This document shows positions 32,975 through 36,786 of a DNA stretch of 36,786 nucleotides, in pieces. The notes beneath the pieces were generated by a model. The model worked only from the letters and a program-made list of their open reading frames with translations, was not told the DNA's origin and did not search any database. Source of the stretch: Pyrinomonadaceae bacterium (GTDB lineage Bacteria > Acidobacteriota > Blastocatellia > Pyrinomonadales > Pyrinomonadaceae); NCBI GenBank assembly GCA_036009085.1, contig DASYMM010000615.1:1-36786 (forward strand), read 5' to 3'. The first letter of the stretch is position 1, and the number at the start of each line of letters is the position of its first letter. Position numbers and translations under genes: made by a program.

Positions 32975-33909
32975 ATTGTCCGGGTTGCGGCGCACCTGTG
33001 ATCAGCGGGGCGCAGTTTTGTGGAGCGTGTGGAACGCGCATGACGCCGGGGACGCCCCCGCCCGCGTCGAATGTGTCGGGCGGAGGTGCGTGGGGCGGAG
33101 GTGCGGCGAGCGAAGGAACGACTGGTGGCGGTGGCATTGGTGGCAGCGGTCACGGCATCCATATCGACGCAGATTCGCGCGGGCAGGGGCGCGGCTACAG
33201 TTTTGAAATTTTGCACCAGCCGTCGTTTGCGCTCGCGGTGGTTCAGTTGCAGGCGGAACAGTCTATCCTCGCGGAAGCGGGCGCGATGGTTTCGATGTCT
33301 GCGAACGTCGAGTTGCAATCGCAGATGAAGGGCGGTCTGATGGGCGCGTTGAAGCGCGCGGTGGGCGGCGAGTCGGCCTTCGTCTCGACGTTTACGGCGC
33401 GGGGCGGCGCGGGCGAAGTCACGTTTGCGCCGGGCGCGCCGGGCGACATCGCGGCGATTGACATGAATAATCAGATGTTCATGGTGCAGTCGAGCTCGTA
33501 TCTGGCGGGCGACGCGAGTTTGACGGTTGACACGAAATGGGGCGGGGCGAAAACTTTCTTTGGCGGCGAGGGCTTGTTCGTCATGCAAGTTTCAGGGACG
33601 GGCTTGTTGCTGCTCACCTCTTTCGGCGCGATTCACCGGCGGACGCTCAAACCGGGCGAACGCTACGTGGTGGACACGGGGCATCTCGTGGCGTGGGAAG
33701 CCTCGATGCAATATTCTCTACGCAAGGCCGCGTCCGGTTTCTTCCGCACGATGGTTAGCGGCGAAGGCATCGTGGCGGAGTTTGCAGGCCCCGGCGAACT
33801 GTTGATTCAGACGCGAAACCTCGCGGCCTTCGCCGGACTATTGAAGCCTTTCTTCCCGTCGCAGGGCAGCGGCGGCGGCAGCGGCTTCAACCTCAATCTC
33901 GGCGGGTGA
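32971..33909 (+). CDS. AIM24/TIGR00266 (DUF124) family protein with N-terminal zinc ribbon and Gly-rich linker
   Basis: The ATG overlaps the LOG-gene stop (ATGA). MNCPGCGAPVISGAQFCGACG (CxxC...CxxC). Core AEAGAMVSMSANVELQSQMKGGLMGALKRAVGGESAFVSTF...GEGLFVMQVSGTG...HLVAWE is typical of the family. Confidence 0.78.
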   Translation: MNCPGCGAPVISGAQFCGACGTRMTPGTPPPASNVSGGGAWGGGAASEGTTGGGGIGGSGHGIHIDADSRGQGRGYSFEILHQPSFALAVVQLQAEQSILAEAGAMVSMSANVELQSQMKGGLMGALKRAVGGESAFVSTFTARGGAGEVTFAPGAPGDIAAIDMNNQMFMVQSSSYLAGDASLTVDTKWGGAKTFFGGEGLFVMQVSGTGLLLLTSFGAIHRRTLKPGERYVVDTGHLVAWEASMQYSLRKAASGFFRTMVSGEGIVAEFAGPGELLIQTRNLAAFAGLLKPFFPSQGSGGGSGFNLNLGG

Positions 33910-33937
33910 GAAGCTTTAACCCGCAGTTTGGAGCATT

Positions 33938-34903
33938 ATGTCGGCTTTAAGTGACCAGACGAAGTCTTCTCTGATTAACCTGCCACCGGGCGACGGGCGG
34001 CGCGTCTCGATCATCGGCGTGCCGCTCAGTTTCGGCGCGGGAACGGCGGGCGTTGATTTAGGCCCGGCGGCGATGCGCGTGGCGCGTCTCAATCAAAGGC
34101 TCGCGCTGCTCGGTTATGAAGTGCGCGATCTAGGCGATATGCGTCTGGAGCGACCGACGCACATCGCCGCGCCGCAGGACAAAGCGAAGTACATGCGCGA
34201 GATCAGCATCGCGTGCGAAGAACTCGCGGCGGAGGTGGAGCGCGTGATGCGTGCGGGCGAGTTTCCGATTGTGCTCGGCGGCGACCATTCCATCGCCGCA
34301 GGCTCGATAGCGGGCGCGGCGTCAGTCATGCACGAGCAGCAGAAACAGATCGGTCTCATCTGGTTCGACGCGCACGCGGACATGAACACGCCGGAGACGA
34401 GCCTCTCCGGCCACGTCCACGGCATGCCGCTCGCCGCGCTCCTCGGCTACGGCGCGCCGGAGATGACGCACATCGCGGGCTTCTCGCCCAAACTCGACCC
34501 GCGCTACTGCGCGCACATCGGCGCACGCGACCTCGACCCGGCCGAACGCGATCTGATTCGCGAACTCGGCATACGCTTCTTCACCATGCGCGAAATTGAC
34601 GAACGAGGGATGAGCGTGTGCATAGACGAAGCGATTGAAATTGCGAAGGGGGCGACGGGCGGTTATTACGTGACGCTCGACGTGGACGCGCTCGATCCGG
34701 TCGTCGCGCCGGGTTCGGGAACGGTCGTGCGCGGCGGGCTGACTTACCGCGAGTCGCACCTGGCTCTGGAGAAGATCGCCGAAGCGGGCGGCATGATCGC
34801 CTTTGAAGTAGTGGAAATCAACACCGCCCTCGACATCAACAACCGCACGGCGGAACTCGGCGTCGAACTCATCCTCTCGGCGATGGGCAAAACGATTCTA
34901 TAA
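33938..34903 (+). CDS. rocF: Arginase
   Basis: Motifs GGDHSIAAGS, WFDAHADMNTP, LDVDALDP, GGLTYRE. RBS GGAGCA. Confidence 0.85.
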   Translation: MSALSDQTKSSLINLPPGDGRRVSIIGVPLSFGAGTAGVDLGPAAMRVARLNQRLALLGYEVRDLGDMRLERPTHIAAPQDKAKYMREISIACEELAAEVERVMRAGEFPIVLGGDHSIAAGSIAGAASVMHEQQKQIGLIWFDAHADMNTPETSLSGHVHGMPLAALLGYGAPEMTHIAGFSPKLDPRYCAHIGARDLDPAERDLIRELGIRFFTMREIDERGMSVCIDEAIEIAKGATGGYYVTLDVDALDPVVAPGSGTVVRGGLTYRESHLALEKIAEAGGMIAFEVVEINTALDINNRTAELGVELILSAMGKTIL

Positions 34904-35039
34904 CAGTGACGAGTGACAGGTGACGAGTGACGAGCAAGAATCAAGACAAGTTTTAAGATAGGTTATCTTCTTCTCCAACTTGTCACTCGTCACCTGTCAC
35001 TTGTTAGTGTTTTAACTCGTCACTCGTCACTTGTCACTG
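34904..35039. repeat. GTGACNA-family palindrome, copy 7 (one left arm, two right arms)
   Basis: cagtgacgagtgacaggtgacgagtgacgag (34904-34934). Inner pairing gacaagtt/aacttgtc. Right arms aacttgtcactcgtcacctgtcacttgt and ttaactcgtcactcgtcacttgtcactg (ends 35039). Starts immediately after the arginase TAA. Confidence 0.9.
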
Positions 35040-35061
35040 TTCTCGTCATTGGAGTAAGGGA

Positions 35062-36198
35062 TTGAAGAGAAAAATCAGAGTCGGGGTGATTTTCGGGGGG
35101 CGTTCGGGCGAGCATGAGGTGTCGTTGCGTTCGGGGCAGGCGGTGATTGAGGCTATCGATCACGGAAAGTATGAAGTGATTCCGCTGGCGATTACGAAGA
35201 CGGGGGAGTGGTTGTCGCCAGCCGCCGCGATGGCTCTGCTGCCGCATGCGACGACCGGGTTGCTGTCGCGCGGGATGAGCGAGAACAGGGAAGCGTTGAC
35301 CATCGTGGGCGACCCTTCGCGCTCCGGTCTCGTCGCCGTGGGCAGCGACGGCGAGCGGTCTTCCTCGTCGCTGCCCGTTGACGTGGTCTTTCCCGTGCTG
35401 CACGGGACGTACGGCGAGGACGGCACGATTCAAGGTCTTTTCGAGATGGCCGATGTGCCTTATGTCGGGTGCGGCGTGCTCGCTTCGTCGTGTGGGATGG
35501 ACAAGGTGGCGATGAAGATTTTGTTCCGCGACGCGGGGCTTCCGATCTGCAAGCACCTCTGGTTTCTGCGCTCGGAGTGGGAGCGCGCGGGCGCGTCTAT
35601 CCTGCGTCGCGTGGCGCGCGAGATCGGATTTCCTTGCTTCGTCAAGCCTGCGAATCTGGGTTCGTCCGTCGGCATCTCGAAAGCGACAGACCGCCGCACG
35701 CTCGAAGCGGCGATCAACCTCGCCGCGCGTTATGATCGCAAGATCATCGTCGAAGAGGGACTCGACGCGCGCGAGATCGAGTGCGCCGTGATTGGCAACG
35801 ACGACCCGGAAGCGAGCCTGCCCGGCGAATACATCGTGCACGACCAGCAGGGCGCGTTTCTCGATTACACGGAGAAGTACAGCAACACAGGCCACGTCGA
35901 GTTCGTCGTGCCCGCGCCTATCTCGAAATCTCTAACCGCGCGCATCCGGCGCATGTCAATCGCCGCCTTCAAAGCCATAGACGGGACGGGACTCGCCCGC
36001 GTGGATTTTTTCCTCCGCCGCGACACAAACGAACTGCTCATCAACGAACTCAACACCAATCCCGGCTTAACAGATGTTTCCGGCTACCCCAAAATGTGGG
36101 CGGCCTCCGGCCTCTCCTTCCCCCAAGTCATAGACCGTCTCATCCAACTCGCCCTCGAACGACACAAAGACAAATCGCGCAACGAAACGAGTCTTTGA
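35062..36198 (+). CDS. ddl: D-alanine--D-alanine ligase
   Basis: [22 protein letters not shown] and the C-terminal ATP-grasp motif [17 protein letters not shown] start preceded by GGAGTAAGGG. Confidence 0.9.
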   Translation: MKRKIRVGVIFGGRSGEHEVSLRSGQAVIEAIDHGKYEVIPLAITKTGEWLSPAAAMALLPHATTGLLSRGMSENREALTIVGDPSRSGLVAVGSDGERSSSSLPVDVVFPVLHGTYGEDGTIQGLFEMADVPYVGCGVLASSCGMDKVAMKILFRDAGLPICKHLWFLRSEWERAGASILRRVAREIGFPCFVKPANLGSSVGISKATDRRTLEAAINLAARYDRKIIVEEGLDAREIECAVIGNDDPEASLPGEYIVHDQQGAFLDYTEKYSNTGHVEFVVPAPISKSLTARIRRMSIAAFKAIDGTGLARVDFFLRRDTNELLINELNTNPGLTDVSGYPKMWAASGLSFPQVIDRLIQLALERHKDKSRNETSL

Positions 36199-36201
36199 GA
36201 A

Positions 36202-36327
36202 CAGTGACGAGTGACAGGTGACAAGAGAAGGCAAGTAAATCGTGAATAGAGAAAACTCGCTTTCTTCTATTGACGATTTACGACTCACGCTTCACGGCTT
36301 TTTCTCGTCACTTGTCACTCGTCACTG
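36202..36327. repeat. GTGACNA-family palindrome, copy 8, composite with nested TTNACGA-family hairpin (36235-36296), between convergent genes
   Basis: cagtgacgagtgacaggtgacaag (36202-36225). Inner hairpin gtaaatcgtgaatagag / ttctattgacgatttac. Right arm ctcgtcacttgtcactcgtcactg (36304-36327). The TGA stop of the minus-strand gene (36322-36324) lies inside the terminus. Confidence 0.9.
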
Positions 36328-36786
36328 TCCTTCCGGCATTACTTCGCCGTTCCATTCGTATTGGGCGGCGACCATGAGCGGGAGGAGGCGTTTGTAGTAG
36401 CGCATGACGTAGGCGAGGTAGCCGCCGGCGAAAATTAGTTGGAGCAGGGCGAAGAGGACGTGCCAGCCGCGCGTGAGAAAGAAGTTCGGCCACTGGTGAA
36501 TCGTGAGCGCGACGCCCGCGCTGAACACCACGGTCATCGGCATCAGGAAGCGCACGTTGGTAATTTGCTCGCGCTCGACGACGACGAGTAGAGCCTGCGC
36601 CGCCTCTTTGTTCAGTTCTTCGAGCCTGCGACGGATCATGCGTAAGTCCACGGCAAACAATATCCAGATGATGCACCCGTAGACCGCGCTCAGAGCGAAC
36701 CAGTAAACCGGGCTTTCGAGTTGAGTGAAGATGATCACTTCGAGCATGGTGCTGGCGATGTAGAGAAAGTTGTGCGGAAACTCAAG
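36322..36786 (-). CDS. Hypothetical integral membrane protein, C-terminal part (frame open to the window edge)
   Basis: Hydrophobic segments (VYWFALSAVYGCIIWILFAV, MTVVFSAGVALTI, VLFALLQLIFAGGYLAYV). The frame stays open for 13 codons upstream of the first Met to base 36786, so the 5-prime end may be truncated by the window. Confidence 0.55.
   Translation of the reverse strand, partial: LEFPHNFLYIASTMLEVIIFTQLESPVYWFALSAVYGCIIWILFAVDLRMIRRRLEELNKEAAQALLVVVEREQITNVRFLMPMTVVFSAGVALTIHQWPNFFLTRGWHVLFALLQLIFAGGYLAYVMRYYKRLLPLMVAAQYEWNGEVMPEGQ

Noticed and set aside
13263-36327. Classical Rho-independent terminators for the GTGACNA-family elements
   Set aside because: None of these stems is followed by a clear U-run on the transcribed strand. 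What follows is a 7-8 nt pyrimidine-mixed spacer and a start codon. Only the CGCAGAG copy at 4683 and the CACGAAA copies have short T runs.
1-36786. Genomic island, prophage, defence island, or tRNA/rRNA/ncRNA genes
   Set aside because: There are no integrase, transposase, phage, restriction, Cas or toxin signatures, no cloverleaf-like tRNA sequences in the spacers, and no obvious compositional break by eye. The window reads as core chromosome.

Overview
Visibly GC-rich bacterial chromosomal segment with 33 supportable protein-coding genes. I found no rRNA, tRNA, CRISPR array, transposase or integrase. Gene content: (1) 2-4671, a c-di-GMP and partner-switching module made of a GGDEF cyclase, a large degenerate-P-loop ATPase fused to an RsbW/SpoIIAB-type kinase, a STAS antagonist and a GAF-HD-GYP phosphodiesterase. 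(2) 4781-14238 on the minus strand, a cell-envelope signalling cluster reading FHA - class B PBP - SEDS (RodA/FtsW) - membrane PP2C - membrane Ser/Thr kinase - FHA - ferredoxin. This has the gene content of the actinobacterial fhaA-fhaB-pstP-rodA-pbpA-pknA-pknB locus in a different order. (3) The rest is housekeeping: TrmH-family methyltransferase, receiver domain, aroF, argS, cobB, larC, folE, metG, TatD, YajQ, polyprenyl synthase, an NDP-sugar pyrophosphorylase with an APH-type kinase, asnS, LOG-family protein, AIM24-family protein, arginase, ddl. There is also a small block of poorly characterised genes (HARE-HTH protein, unknown, AbrB-like). The most unusual signal is non-coding. Almost every intergenic spacer longer than about 90 nt holds a long imperfect palindrome whose arms are themselves tandem arrays of 7-9 nt units, and about 16 such elements fall into at least six sequence families. 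The dominant family, (GTGACNA)n ... (TNGTCAC)n with CAGTGAC/GTCACTG termini, has 8 copies. Its stem base sits on or within 0-7 nt of the upstream stop codon. In five junctions the stem ends 7-8 nt before a downstream start codon that has no Shine-Dalgarno sequence. Three copies carry a hairpin of another family nested in their loop. No recognisable defence or mobile gene system is present, so the repeat architecture and the partner-switching/c-di-GMP module are the best candidates for something undescribed. All calls come from reading the supplied translations and the DNA by eye. No database search or folding calculation was run.
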